NCBI GenBank assembly: GCA_965661285.1
Contig: CBFIDD010000005.1
Coordinates: 139,191-189,481, forward strand
Direction of reading: 5' to 3'
DNA: 50,291 nt
Source: Poseidonia sp.
GTDB lineage: Archaea; Thermoplasmatota; Poseidoniia; Poseidoniales; Poseidoniaceae
Below the pieces are notes generated by a model. It saw only the letters and a list, made by a program, of their open reading frames with translations. It had not been told where the DNA came from and did no database searches. Position 1 is the first letter of the stretch. Each line of letters begins with the position of its first letter. Made by a program: the position numbers and the translations under genes. Below, piece by piece: positions 28,020 through 37,638 of the stretch.

Positions 28020-30380
28020 TTATTGGGGAGAAAGATCGAGGCTTCCTGACCACACATCCAGCCCACGCAGCCGACACGGAAAGCGTTGCCCGAGTCGCAG
28101 GACGGTCGGATATTCCCCCTTGTGGTCGGGTTCAGCAACCGACACTTCCAGGCCGTGTTCGTCCACCACGAGGCGGCGTTTGCCGCCCAGCTGACGCAGG
28201 TGCATGCGGCCTGAAACCGCACCGTCGTCCGCCAAATCGAGGAAGACCCACGGTCCTCGAAGGCCGGTTACTCTGGCGTTGTAGGCGGTGGCGACCCCCT
28301 CTTCCGAAGGGGTCTCTTCGCCGAGCCGCCCGCCTCGCAGCAGGTGCATGTGGTAGGCGTTGGCGACCAGTTCCCATTCCATGCGTTTGGCCGCCAGACC
28401 CTGCTCGCTACAGTGCGCCGCCAACTTCGCTGTTTCCGCCATGTCGTGGACCCACGGACGGCCGTGGATGTGGGCCTTGAGTTGACGGTGGGTCATCAGG
28501 TCGGGATAGCGACGGATGGGTGACGTGAAGTGCACGTACGCGTCGAGGTTCAATCCGAAATGACCGCCGTTGACCTCGTCGTAGCGGGCGCGCTGCATCA
28601 GTTGGAAGAGTCCTTGGTCAACGATGCGCCGCGTGGTTTCGGTCAGGTCGCTGGCTGCGGCTTGCGCCTCCTGCAGTGAGGTCAAAATGCCGTTGCGAGC
28701 CTCCGGGTCAATGACACCAGAGAGATAGTCGGGCACCGATTCACCGTCTTCGGTTTCAGGCTCGTCCATGCCCGACAGGTCGATGCCGCCGCCAGCCAAA
28801 TCCGCCCAGTCGCCAAGAAGGTCGGCCAGTTCGTCGGTCTCGCTTTCGCCGTGCTTGCGCAGGCTGGGCATGGGCAGTTGAATCCCGATGTCCAAGGCGG
28901 CCAACTTGGCGTTCAACCCCTCCACTTCGGGACGGTCGGGCGGGGCGTGACAGCGCCACGGGAGCGGGGCGCCGGCAGCACCGAGCAGGTGGCCAACAGC
29001 AGCGTTGGTGGCGACCATGAAGGACTCGATCATCCGCGTGGCGTCGCTTGGCCACTTCACCTCCACGCGCAGTTCGTCCTCACCGTGCAGGCGAGGGCGC
29101 AGTTCGGGATTGTTGAGGTTCAATCGAATTTCACGGTTCTGCCAGACCGCTGCCAAGGCGAGCATGTCGTCGTACGCATCCGTCTCCAACACGTCGCCGT
29201 AAGCGATGTTGGCCTTGACGTGGATGACCGCTTCGTAGGCGTGGGTGTTCACGACGTTGTTGTCGTCGTCAAGGTCCATGCCAACGACCATCGCTAGACG
29301 GTCGACATCGGCGCGAAGCGAACAGAGGTCGTCGGCCAGTTTCGGTGGCAGCATCGGAAGCACCGTGTGCGGGAGGTAGACCGATGTTGCACGCGCAGCG
29401 GCCGAGTGGTCAAGGGCCGTACCGGCCTGAACGTAGTGGGCCACATCAGCGATGGCGACCCAAAGCGTGCGCTGGCCGTTGTCTTCCACCAAACACACCG
29501 CATCATCGAAGTCTTTGGCGTCGGGCGGGTCGATGGTCACCAGTGGAAGGTGGCGCAGATCGGTACGACCGGCGGCGACCTCAGCGTCCCCGTCCACCTC
29601 GCCGAGCCGGTCAGCGTGGTCCACCAGTGAGGCGTCGTAGGTGTGCGGGAAGGGGTTGTGGCCGTCCTTTCGCCGTGCCTCCAGTCGAGCATCGAGCAAT
29701 TCTCGGGTGGTCCAGCGGCCGGCCTGCATCAACAGCAAGGCCATGGCGGGCTCGTCCTCTCGGAAGCGCAGGCCGGAGCGTCGAGCCGCACATTTGCGCG
29801 CCTCCTTAACGAGGTCAAAACCCTGCATGGTGGTGCAACCCTGAGCGTCGAGCGAATAGGCCTCGGGCAGGGGCTGGCCGAACAGCATGGCTTCCCAAAC
29901 GTCTTCGAGCAGGCCGTACATCGCCACGTCTTCTTCGCTGGCCCCATCGGTGGAGAGCGGCGGCCGTCCGTGGAGCGGCGTCTCACCTTTGCCGGCGTGC
30001 CGACTGAAGAAATTCTTCCAGCGACCCGTGGCGGAGATCAGGCCGTCGAGTGAGGCAGGGTTTCGGAACACGACCGCCTTCTCTTCGCCGGCCATGATGT
30101 AGGTCCCTTCTTTTCGACCAACGGCGAGGGCTTCGTTGACCTTGCTGAGCAGGGTGCGCTCGGCTTTGGGGTCGGAGCGAAACTGGCCGGCCAAGCCTTC
30201 CTTCTCGGTGAGCCATGCCGTGATGGTGGCGCCCGTCCAGGTCTGTTGCCAGTGCTCGTCCTCAAAGTGCTGAGTGACCCGGCGCCACAAGCGTTCGTCA
30301 GGCGGCGACTGCGGGCCTTTGTTTGGCTTGCGTTGCCGGTTTTGGCCACGCTTTCGGCGGTGATGCTTCCTGCCGGCCAT
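28020..30380 (-). CDS. rnr: RNB-domain exoribonuclease (RNase R/II family)
   Basis: TIDPPDAKDFDDA, RATSVYLP, HFGL..YVHFTSPIRRYPDL, C-terminal S1-like region. Confidence 0.9.
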   Translation of the reverse strand: MAGRKHHRRKRGQNRQRKPNKGPQSPPDERLWRRVTQHFEDEHWQQTWTGATITAWLTEKEGLAGQFRSDPKAERTLLSKVNEALAVGRKEGTYIMAGEEKAVVFRNPASLDGLISATGRWKNFFSRHAGKGETPLHGRPPLSTDGASEEDVAMYGLLEDVWEAMLFGQPLPEAYSLDAQGCTTMQGFDLVKEARKCAARRSGLRFREDEPAMALLLMQAGRWTTRELLDARLEARRKDGHNPFPHTYDASLVDHADRLGEVDGDAEVAAGRTDLRHLPLVTIDPPDAKDFDDAVCLVEDNGQRTLWVAIADVAHYVQAGTALDHSAAARATSVYLPHTVLPMLPPKLADDLCSLRADVDRLAMVVGMDLDDDNNVVNTHAYEAVIHVKANIAYGDVLETDAYDDMLALAAVWQNREIRLNLNNPELRPRLHGEDELRVEVKWPSDATRMIESFMVATNAAVGHLLGAAGAPLPWRCHAPPDRPEVEGLNAKLAALDIGIQLPMPSLRKHGESETDELADLLGDWADLAGGGIDLSGMDEPETEDGESVPDYLSGVIDPEARNGILTSLQEAQAAASDLTETTRRIVDQGLFQLMQRARYDEVNGGHFGLNLDAYVHFTSPIRRYPDLMTHRQLKAHIHGRPWVHDMAETAKLAAHCSEQGLAAKRMEWELVANAYHMHLLRGGRLGEETPSEEGVATAYNARVTGLRGPWVFLDLADDGAVSGRMHLRQLGGKRRLVVDEHGLEVSVAEPDHKGEYPTVLRLGQRFPCRLRGLDVWSGSLDLSPQ

Positions 30381-30418
30381 GCTGGAGGGTTCGGTTGAGG
30401 TTTGATGAAGTCAACGAT

Positions 30419-31333
30419 TCACAAGCCCGAGGAGCCGAGCTCCTCGAGCGCTTTGCGCTGCGCCTTCGTGAGCTTGTCCGGCTCGGCCAACACGAATTCC
30501 AGCGTCAGGTCGCCGCCGTTGTAGCCGGCCTTGGCCATGCGGCGTCGGTCGCCGACCTGGGTCATGGCGGGCACGGAGAGGTTTCCTGTTTTACCCGAGA
30601 GCAATTCGACGCTGACTTTGCCACCAAGCATCATCACGGAATACGGGACAGGAATTTCCTGAACCAACTGGTCGCCTTCCCACCGGTAGGCTTCACCCGC
30701 ATCGATGCGGACGGTGACCACCACGTCGCCTCGCTGGCCTTCTGGGTGATCGTGGCCTTGGCCCTTGAGCGTCTTGGTCGTGCCGTGGGTCACCCCGGCA
30801 TCCAAGCGGAGTTTGAGCGTCGTGCGCTTCGTTTCCATGCTCGTGCCTTGGCGCTTGAACCGTTTGTAGGAGAAGGTGAATTCCCCGCCTTCCTCCGCTT
30901 GCGCCATGGTGATGTCGAGTCCGACGTTGATGGTCGCTGCTTTGGGTTGTTGACGTGGAGCTGAACGCGGCGGTTGTCGGGGCATGCCGCCCATACCGCC
31001 CATGCCGCCTCCGCCGCCAAACATCTGTCCGAGAAGGTCATCGAGACCGCCCCCGCCCATACCCCCGAAATTCATCGAGGGCCCGCCGCGTCCTCGGCCA
31101 CCGCCGAACATGTTCCGCATCTGTTCTTGCTGGTCGAACTCGCGTCGTGCTTCGGACGTGCCGATGGCGTCGTAGGCCGATTGGACCTCCTTGAATTTGG
31201 CCTCAGCGCCGGCGTCACCTTGGTTCCGGTCGGGGTGGTATTGACGAGCCAGTTTGCGGAAGGCCCGCTTGATTTCGCCGTCGCTGGCTTGGCGGCTGAC
31301 GCCAAGTACCTCGTACGGATTGCGTTCTGCCAT
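30419..31333 (-). CDS. DnaJ-class co-chaperone without zinc finger (CbpA-like)
   Basis: J domain with HPD, G/M/F-rich linker, DnaJ C-terminal domain. Confidence 0.92.
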   Translation of the reverse strand: MAERNPYEVLGVSRQASDGEIKRAFRKLARQYHPDRNQGDAGAEAKFKEVQSAYDAIGTSEARREFDQQEQMRNMFGGGRGRGGPSMNFGGMGGGGLDDLLGQMFGGGGGMGGMGGMPRQPPRSAPRQQPKAATINVGLDITMAQAEEGGEFTFSYKRFKRQGTSMETKRTTLKLRLDAGVTHGTTKTLKGQGHDHPEGQRGDVVVTVRIDAGEAYRWEGDQLVQEIPVPYSVMMLGGKVSVELLSGKTGNLSVPAMTQVGDRRRMAKAGYNGGDLTLEFVLAEPDKLTKAQRKALEELGSSGL

Positions 31334-31458
31334 CGGCTGTGCTGGACCTTTCGTCCCACATCAACCCTCCCATCAATAACGGAGGTTGGCACCCCCGAGA
31401 TGGGATGCGGAGCCGTTATAATGAGGGGGTTGGTGGGTCGGAGGGCTGAGGTTAGACC

Positions 31459-31731
31459 ATGTCTGACGAAAAGAACGCCACCAAGTCCTTCGAGATGAAG
31501 GTTCAAGAGCAGCAGGATAAGATTGAGGCGCAGTTCCGCAAGATTACCCGAGGCTCCTGGGCTCGTATCATCCGCATGGCGCGCAAGCCCTCGAAGCAGG
31601 AGTTCCGTCAAACGGCGATCATCTGCGGGATCGGACTTTTCGTGCTGGGCGCCATCGGGTTCGCCATTTTGGTGCTCATGGACAACTTCCTGCCTTGGTT
31701 GATTCACGATGTCTTTGGCATCGGCGACTGA
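31459..31731 (+). CDS. secE: Protein translocase subunit SecE (Sec61 gamma)
   Basis: RIIRMARKPSKQEF followed by a TM helix; sits directly upstream of spt5. Confidence 0.92.
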   Translation: MSDEKNATKSFEMKVQEQQDKIEAQFRKITRGSWARIIRMARKPSKQEFRQTAIICGIGLFVLGAIGFAILVLMDNFLPWLIHDVFGIGD

Positions 31732-31743
31732 ATCGGAGCGTGA

Positions 31744-32667
31744 ATGAATATGACGGAAGCATTTGTGGCCTTTGTTCGCTTTGAAGAGAAATTGCTGTTG
31801 CTCAAGCGCAACAGTTCGACCGAGCATTTCCCCGACCTCTGGGACGGTGTTTGGGGCGTCGCTGACACTCCCGAAGAAGTGCTTGAGCGTGTGGCGCAGT
31901 CCACGGGCATCCCCGTCGACGACCTTCACTACCACGCCACCGGTCCCGAGCGCGGCATCGACATGGGCCGCAACCTCGTTGACGTCATGCCCATCCTCGT
32001 CGTCGCCAAGAGCAACGAAGTGACCCCGTCGGGCATCTACACCCGAGCCGAATGGGTTGACCCCGGTACCATCAAGGATTACAACTGTATTTTCTCCGAC
32101 CTCGACATGGAAAACGCCCACGGCCTCTTCCGTGAAATGTATGGCAGCGTCGGTTCCTTCCTCTACATCGTCAAGACCGCCATCAACTCCGAACAGCGCG
32201 TGGCTGACGAAATGTACGCCCGTCTCCACGGCAGCGGCTCGATGGTCGCTCTTCAGGGTGAGATCATGTCCATCCTCCACCCGCCGGCCATGCGAGGCTA
32301 CGTCTTCGTCGAGTCCAGTGCCCTTCACCACGTTGAGAAGCTCATCGGTCGCTCCGGTGGTCGAGACCCGTCGGCTCGCCGCGGCATCAACCAGTCACCG
32401 CTCAAGAACGCCAAGAGCGTGCTTCCCGGTGAGGCTCCTCTCGAGGACATCCTGCCCTACTTGGAGCCCAAGGCCGTCACCAGCGGTATCGAAGTCGGCT
32501 GCATCGTCGAAATCGTCACGGGCGCCTTCAAGGGCGAAAAGGCTCGTATCACCAGCGTCTCCGAATCCAAGGAAGAGGTCAGCATGGAACTCTACGAGCA
32601 AATCATCCCGATGACGCTCAACATGCGTGGCGACCACGTCCGTGTCATCGAGCGCGTTGGCGAGTGA
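31744..32667 (+). CDS. spt5: Transcription elongation factor Spt5 with an N-terminal NUDIX-like extension
   Basis: NGN domain (YIVKTAINSEQRVA...MRGYVFVES) and KOW (GCIVEIVTGAFKGEKARI), preceded by about 135 extra aa containing KLLLLKR...FPDLW...G. Confidence 0.9.
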   Translation: MNMTEAFVAFVRFEEKLLLLKRNSSTEHFPDLWDGVWGVADTPEEVLERVAQSTGIPVDDLHYHATGPERGIDMGRNLVDVMPILVVAKSNEVTPSGIYTRAEWVDPGTIKDYNCIFSDLDMENAHGLFREMYGSVGSFLYIVKTAINSEQRVADEMYARLHGSGSMVALQGEIMSILHPPAMRGYVFVESSALHHVEKLIGRSGGRDPSARRGINQSPLKNAKSVLPGEAPLEDILPYLEPKAVTSGIEVGCIVEIVTGAFKGEKARITSVSESKEEVSMELYEQIIPMTLNMRGDHVRVIERVGE

Positions 32668-32703
32668 GTCACGCTTGATGCTGACTGAGGAGCGAAGGAT
32701 TCC

Positions 32704-33372
32704 TCATTCTTCCTCGCTGTATTGGAGTTTCGATTTCGCAGCGGCCAAAATCCTCTTCTCCGTTTCCTTCTTCTTGCCTGAAGTGTTGTTCGCCAGCCAA
32801 ACTGCGGACATCAAGAGACCAAGGATGAACAGGATGACGCCGATTCCAAGGAACACCTCAAATTGTTCGCCCATTGAGCCTGCTTGGGCCAACAAAAAAC
32901 CTCCACCCACCAAGGCTAATGCGATGGTGAGGACAGAAGATGTCTCCTGAGGCTTCGTGATGTTGATCTCCGCTTTAACGGCATCAAAGGCTCGCTTGAC
33001 CTCTTTTTGGTGAGCGTGCGTTTGGGTTGCAGAAATCAAACCCAGCACGGAACCGATGACGATTCCACCGCAACAAAAATTGAAGGCTTCTTCAAGGTCT
33101 GATGTACCTTCCAGCATTGTAAAAGCAATAATCGGGCCTCCCAACAAAAAGACGACGGCAAGGAACGAAAGTCCTGTGCCAGGGTCGGTTTGAGATTTGA
33201 GCGTCTCGTATCGCTCGATGGCCTCTCCAAGTCCATCAGAGGTACCGTTTGCTGGTGGTGCCGAAGCCGATTTATCGGATGGAACAGGGCCGCTCTCCTT
33301 CACGGGCAGCACAGCACTCGATTGAATGACGATGGGTTGGGGCGGTTTTGGTTTTGATGTCTCATTCGTCAT
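32704..33372 (-). CDS. Hypothetical membrane protein with two TM-hairpin modules
   Basis: Pro-rich N-terminus and two pairs of hydrophobic helices. Start placed at MTNETS. Confidence 0.65.
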   Translation of the reverse strand: MTNETSKPKPPQPIVIQSSAVLPVKESGPVPSDKSASAPPANGTSDGLGEAIERYETLKSQTDPGTGLSFLAVVFLLGGPIIAFTMLEGTSDLEEAFNFCCGGIVIGSVLGLISATQTHAHQKEVKRAFDAVKAEINITKPQETSSVLTIALALVGGGFLLAQAGSMGEQFEVFLGIGVILFILGLLMSAVWLANNTSGKKKETEKRILAAAKSKLQYSEEE

Positions 33373-33428
33373 GTCGACTCTATGGTGACGAAGGGGATAA
33401 TGCTTCTTCCTGCCGAGGGCGTTGTTCT

Positions 33429-35771
33429 CTAGAACAGCGTTTGTTGAACGGCGGCTGGTTTGGGCTGGAGATGATGACTGCACTGCCAGGCGATGCTCGC
33501 AGCGGCCCATGCGCCCGAACGAAGTGCTGCCCCTCCGGTGCCCACGGGCTCACCCCATGCGTCCCCCGCTTCCACCAGTCGTGGCAGGTTGGCGCGCACG
33601 CCCGGGCCGGCGGACCGTCCGTAGCGCCAACGGTGGGCTTGAACGGTGGCTTCTCGAATCCATTGAAGCGCGTCCTCGTCCACGTCGGCTACCATCGCCA
33701 GGAAGGCTTGGCCCACGTCGACGCGCTCCATTTCGAGATGCTCACGGCTCCACTCGGGCGGAAGGTGGACCGCCACGCCCCGCGGGTCTTCGTCCGCCTG
33801 CACTTTCAGTCCAACGTTGACCAACCCGTCTCGGACGCTTGCAGGGCACGGTTCCTGGTGGGCAAGCACCACGGTCCACGTCGCTTCGTAGGGATGCGTC
33901 GACCACGCTTTGGGTGCGCTGGCAAGCATACGGTGGGCTTGCGGCAGCGGGGCGGTCAAGACCACACCCGATGCCTGCCACGTCGTGCCTTCTTCGTCGT
34001 GCACCAGCCAGGCCTCTTCGTCCTGTTCGAGTCGTGTCACGGTGGTGCTGGTGAGCACATCGATCCCGTCCAACCATGCGTTGATGGTTTCCGGCCCGTC
34101 GAGCAGGGTGTGGCCGTCTTTGAGACGCATACGTTCGTTGGCGACCTCCAGTGCAGCCCAAGATGCGAACCAGTCCGGGGCGTCGTCCAGTGAGGTGGCG
34201 CCGTGGGTGACCACCACGTCGTCAACACGGCGCCGAGAGGCGCGTCCGCCAACCCGCCGCCCCTTGTCGAGCACGACCACGTCGAAGCCGTGGTCGGCCA
34301 GCACCCGAGCGGCTGTGGCACCGGCCAAGCCCGCACCTATGACGATGATGGGGTGAGGCGTGCTGGCCGCAGGACGGTCGGTGAACGCCCGATAGGCCTC
34401 CATGTCCAGGCGACTCATGTGGGTGCGTGGGTCCCGCTGCCGAACCAAACCAAGAATAGGTGCAGGTGGATGGAACGGGCGGTCGAACAGCCCGTGGCAC
34501 CATTGCACACCGACCACCGAGGACGGGTCTCGTCCGTCAAGGGCGTAGGCGTCGTTCAACGCCTGGCCCCACGCCATCGACTGTTCGACATCGGTGGTCC
34601 ACCCCGTCAGCGCTTTGCCCCAGGTCATGCGGACGTTGTTGTGCAGTTCACCGTGGCGCAAGAGCGAGCGTTGACAGGCAGCCCACAAGGGGTCGTGCAC
34701 GTCGGCGCGTGCCAGTTGGCGAAGCGGGTAGAGGGTGGTGCGGGGGTCGTCAGCGGTGGAGCGCCACGAAAGGCGTGCCCACTCGGGAAGGTTGTGAAGG
34801 CCATAGGGTTCCTCTGAGGCGAAGACGTGATGCCACGCATGCTCGCGGAACACGAGCAACTCGTCGAGGTACTTGTCGGCGGATTTTGTACCCACTTCGG
34901 CCGCTTCTCGTGCGATTTTCATCGGGGACACCATCCCGTAGTGAATGTAGGCCGACATCCGAGAAACGCCGTCGATGTCCGCTGCGTTGTTGCGCCGTCG
35001 GGCATAGCCTCCCAGCCCCTTGTCCTTGAACGACTGCCAGCGAGCGAGCGCCGCCTGTTCACCGCCCTTGAACCGCCAAACGGGGTGGACGGTGGGGTCA
35101 ATGTTGCACTGCTTGAGCAGGGTCCAACGCTGGTTGGGGTCAGCGAGTTGGTGCTCCACCATCACCGGTTCAAACGGGAGGTCGCCGTCGTAGGGTTTCA
35201 CGTCGAGGTCCATCGTGGGCCAGCGGCGCTGAAGGCGCTGCTTGCGCAGTTTCTTGGTGGCGTTGCGAAACTTGAACGGGCGGTCGACCGAACGTCCGTA
35301 CAGCGGCATCGGAATCACGCAGTGGCCGTCCACTTCAACCACCGGACCGGTGGCCAAATCGGCGACCGAACGCACCCAATCGGTCCACGGCGGCAAGGGG
35401 AAGAGGTCGGTGACGATCATGCTCGCCTGCTGTGCGATGTCCTTCATCACCGAGGGACGATGACCTTCACGGGCGAGGTGAAACACGTAGCGAAGTCCTT
35501 GCTTGGAAAACCCACGATGCAGGTCGACGGCCGCGTCCATCACCACGTTGTGGTGACGCAGTGAAGCATGGGGATAGCGCTCGTCAAGTCCGTGATAGAT
35601 CAGCAACGGCCGGTCATGGTGGTGGGCCATCCAGCGGCCAACATCAACGGCGGGGTTCTCATGGACTCGAAACAGCGACTTGAGCCAGACCACCACCGGC
35701 CCTTCACCCACCGGTTCTCGGTGGTCACCCGACCAGCGACAACGCTCGCTGAGATGTTCTGGAAGGTCCAT
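33429..35771 (-). CDS. Class II photolyase-like protein fused to a renalase-like FAD/NAD oxidoreductase
   Basis: SRMSAYIHYG, GELHNNVRMTWGK, YALDGRDP, FDRPF; then IGAGLAG, DKGRRVGGR, HRWRY, AGD. Confidence 0.85.
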   Translation of the reverse strand: MDLPEHLSERCRWSGDHREPVGEGPVVVWLKSLFRVHENPAVDVGRWMAHHHDRPLLIYHGLDERYPHASLRHHNVVMDAAVDLHRGFSKQGLRYVFHLAREGHRPSVMKDIAQQASMIVTDLFPLPPWTDWVRSVADLATGPVVEVDGHCVIPMPLYGRSVDRPFKFRNATKKLRKQRLQRRWPTMDLDVKPYDGDLPFEPVMVEHQLADPNQRWTLLKQCNIDPTVHPVWRFKGGEQAALARWQSFKDKGLGGYARRRNNAADIDGVSRMSAYIHYGMVSPMKIAREAAEVGTKSADKYLDELLVFREHAWHHVFASEEPYGLHNLPEWARLSWRSTADDPRTTLYPLRQLARADVHDPLWAACQRSLLRHGELHNNVRMTWGKALTGWTTDVEQSMAWGQALNDAYALDGRDPSSVVGVQWCHGLFDRPFHPPAPILGLVRQRDPRTHMSRLDMEAYRAFTDRPAASTPHPIIVIGAGLAGATAARVLADHGFDVVVLDKGRRVGGRASRRRVDDVVVTHGATSLDDAPDWFASWAALEVANERMRLKDGHTLLDGPETINAWLDGIDVLTSTTVTRLEQDEEAWLVHDEEGTTWQASGVVLTAPLPQAHRMLASAPKAWSTHPYEATWTVVLAHQEPCPASVRDGLVNVGLKVQADEDPRGVAVHLPPEWSREHLEMERVDVGQAFLAMVADVDEDALQWIREATVQAHRWRYGRSAGPGVRANLPRLVEAGDAWGEPVGTGGAALRSGAWAAASIAWQCSHHLQPKPAAVQQTLF

Positions 35772-35873
35772 GGGACGCTTCCAGCTCGTGCGCTCATATA
35801 CTCGTGTTCAGCCCCCACGGTCGTACCCGTGGCGACGATGCCACCGGTCAAGCTTCGATTGGTGAAGCCCGCT

Positions 35874-36146
35874 TCACGCTTCGACAGCGGCTTCGGCCTT
35901 GGCCTCGCGCTTCTTGCGGTTTTGGCGCTTTTTGTACCACGGGTAGATGGGCCACTTGGCGAGGCCCGTCCACATGACGAAGAAAATGAAGTAAATCGAG
36001 ACAAATTCGTCAACTTCTGCCGACCAAAGGGTGGTGACACCAAACATGCCTTGGTGGTAGTAGGCAATTCTTGCATGATAAACGACCAACAGCAGTCCCA
36101 ATGATAGGTGTATATAGCGCCAAATTTTGTTCCAGTTTGCTCCCAT
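35874..36146 (-). CDS. Small hypothetical membrane protein
   Basis: 90 aa, two hydrophobic segments (WRYIHLSLG; WTGL..W, PepSY-TM-like) and a basic tail. Confidence 0.7.
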   Translation of the reverse strand: MGANWNKIWRYIHLSLGLLLVVYHARIAYYHQGMFGVTTLWSAEVDEFVSIYFIFFVMWTGLAKWPIYPWYKKRQNRKKREAKAEAAVEA

Positions 36147-36264
36147 GCTCTACGCCTGCTGATGGGGGTTATATGTCTGCCTCCGTATTCTATCACTTTC
36201 CTTCGGTTGTGGAACCAATCACCGATGTCGCAAGCAATAAGAAGGGGTGATTCAAGCAAGCCAC

Positions 36265-37050
36265 ATGCCGATGAACCGTATTTTGAACTTCTTCGGCAGA
36301 GGAAATTTTTTCACTCGCGTCAAAAACCAGATTTTGCTTTCCACCGAAAAGAAACAATCTGCGATGACCGTCTCCCACAAAGAGGCCATGAAATGGTATC
36401 GTATTCGAAAATCCGCTTTTGAAGAGTTGGTCTCAGCCATCGCTCCCTACATTGACCAGAATGGTGTCGTTTTTGACATCGGGGCCAACGTTGGTTTTTT
36501 CTCTCGTTTACTGGCTGAAAAAACTGACTTCAAGGGTTCATTTTACTTGTACGAACCACTTACGCACCTCGCCAAGCTTTGCGAGGAAACCTTTCGCGAC
36601 GCACCCTATGACGCCCAGGTCTTCGAGTACGGACTGAGTGATAGCGACAGCGAGGTGGATCTCTTTGTCGCCAGCAACGGCAACCTCGGCTGGAACACCA
36701 TTGTTGAATCCAAAGCATCCGACGATATGGAAAAGGTGCGCATTCAACTCAAAAACTTCGAAAATTGCAAACCAGATGCCGTGCCGACCTTCATCAAAAT
36801 CGATGTCGAAGGCTCGGAATACCTCGTTCTTCGTGGGATGCTTGCGTCGTTGCGCTCATGGTCCCCTCGCCCCGTGATTCTCTGTGAAATCGGCTGGGGA
36901 ACGTCTCATCCGAACTGGGATGAAGAATTGAAAGTGTTTGAAGAACTCAAGACCATCGGCTACGCCTTCTGTGACTTGGCGGGCCAAGCGCTGGACATCA
37001 CCACGCTGTCAAGCACCGCAGATGTGCTGTTGATTCCCAAAGAGCCCTGA
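36265..37050 (+). CDS. FkbM-family methyltransferase
   Basis: FDIGANVGFFS, YEP, FIKIDVEGSEYLVLRG. Start uncertain. Confidence 0.9.
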   Translation: MPMNRILNFFGRGNFFTRVKNQILLSTEKKQSAMTVSHKEAMKWYRIRKSAFEELVSAIAPYIDQNGVVFDIGANVGFFSRLLAEKTDFKGSFYLYEPLTHLAKLCEETFRDAPYDAQVFEYGLSDSDSEVDLFVASNGNLGWNTIVESKASDDMEKVRIQLKNFENCKPDAVPTFIKIDVEGSEYLVLRGMLASLRSWSPRPVILCEIGWGTSHPNWDEELKVFEELKTIGYAFCDLAGQALDITTLSSTADVLLIPKEP

Positions 37051-37136
37051 ACATCGTCTCATCTTCTTCTTCTGTGAAGTGGTAGCAGCGCGATGACCCC
37101 GCAATTTGCGACGAAATCGTCTGTTCTCTGACGCCG

Positions 37137-37613
37137 TCAACCGGACCGAAGGAACATGGTCACCGCTTTCTTCTCGTGGCGAAGCACGCCCACTTCTTCG
37201 AAGCCGAATCGGTGATGGAACCGCACCGAGCCCGGGTTGGGTGGCTCCAAATTCACCTCGGCGGCCACCGGGATGTTTTGTTCGCCTGCATGCCTTGCGA
37301 CGTGCTCGTAGAGCATCGAGCCGATGCCTTCGTTTCGGTGCGCCTCGGCCACGGCGATGCGGTCCACGTACAGGAAGGCCTCGTAGCGCTCGTTGAACCA
37401 GGCATAATTCAGGCTGCCATAGGCGGTGGCCGGTGGCAAGCAGATGACGAACCCGAGCATGCGACCCCCCTCAAAAGCGCCAACGGCCAACGATGCGAAG
37501 CCGAGTAGCGTCGCCATTTCGTCGCCAGTGACCTGTCCCGTACCCGGCAACCCTTCCTCGTTGATGACCCACATGGCCTCAACATCGGCAAGGGTCAGGG
37601 CTCGAAGGTCCAT
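37137..37613 (-). CDS. GNAT acetyltransferase
   Basis: YVDRIAV..HRNEGIG, EVNLEPPNPGS..FH..FGF. Confidence 0.9.
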   Translation of the reverse strand: MDLRALTLADVEAMWVINEEGLPGTGQVTGDEMATLLGFASLAVGAFEGGRMLGFVICLPPATAYGSLNYAWFNERYEAFLYVDRIAVAEAHRNEGIGSMLYEHVARHAGEQNIPVAAEVNLEPPNPGSVRFHHRFGFEEVGVLRHEKKAVTMFLRSG

Positions 37614-37638
37614 GGCGGACGGACTCCCATGTTGAGAT

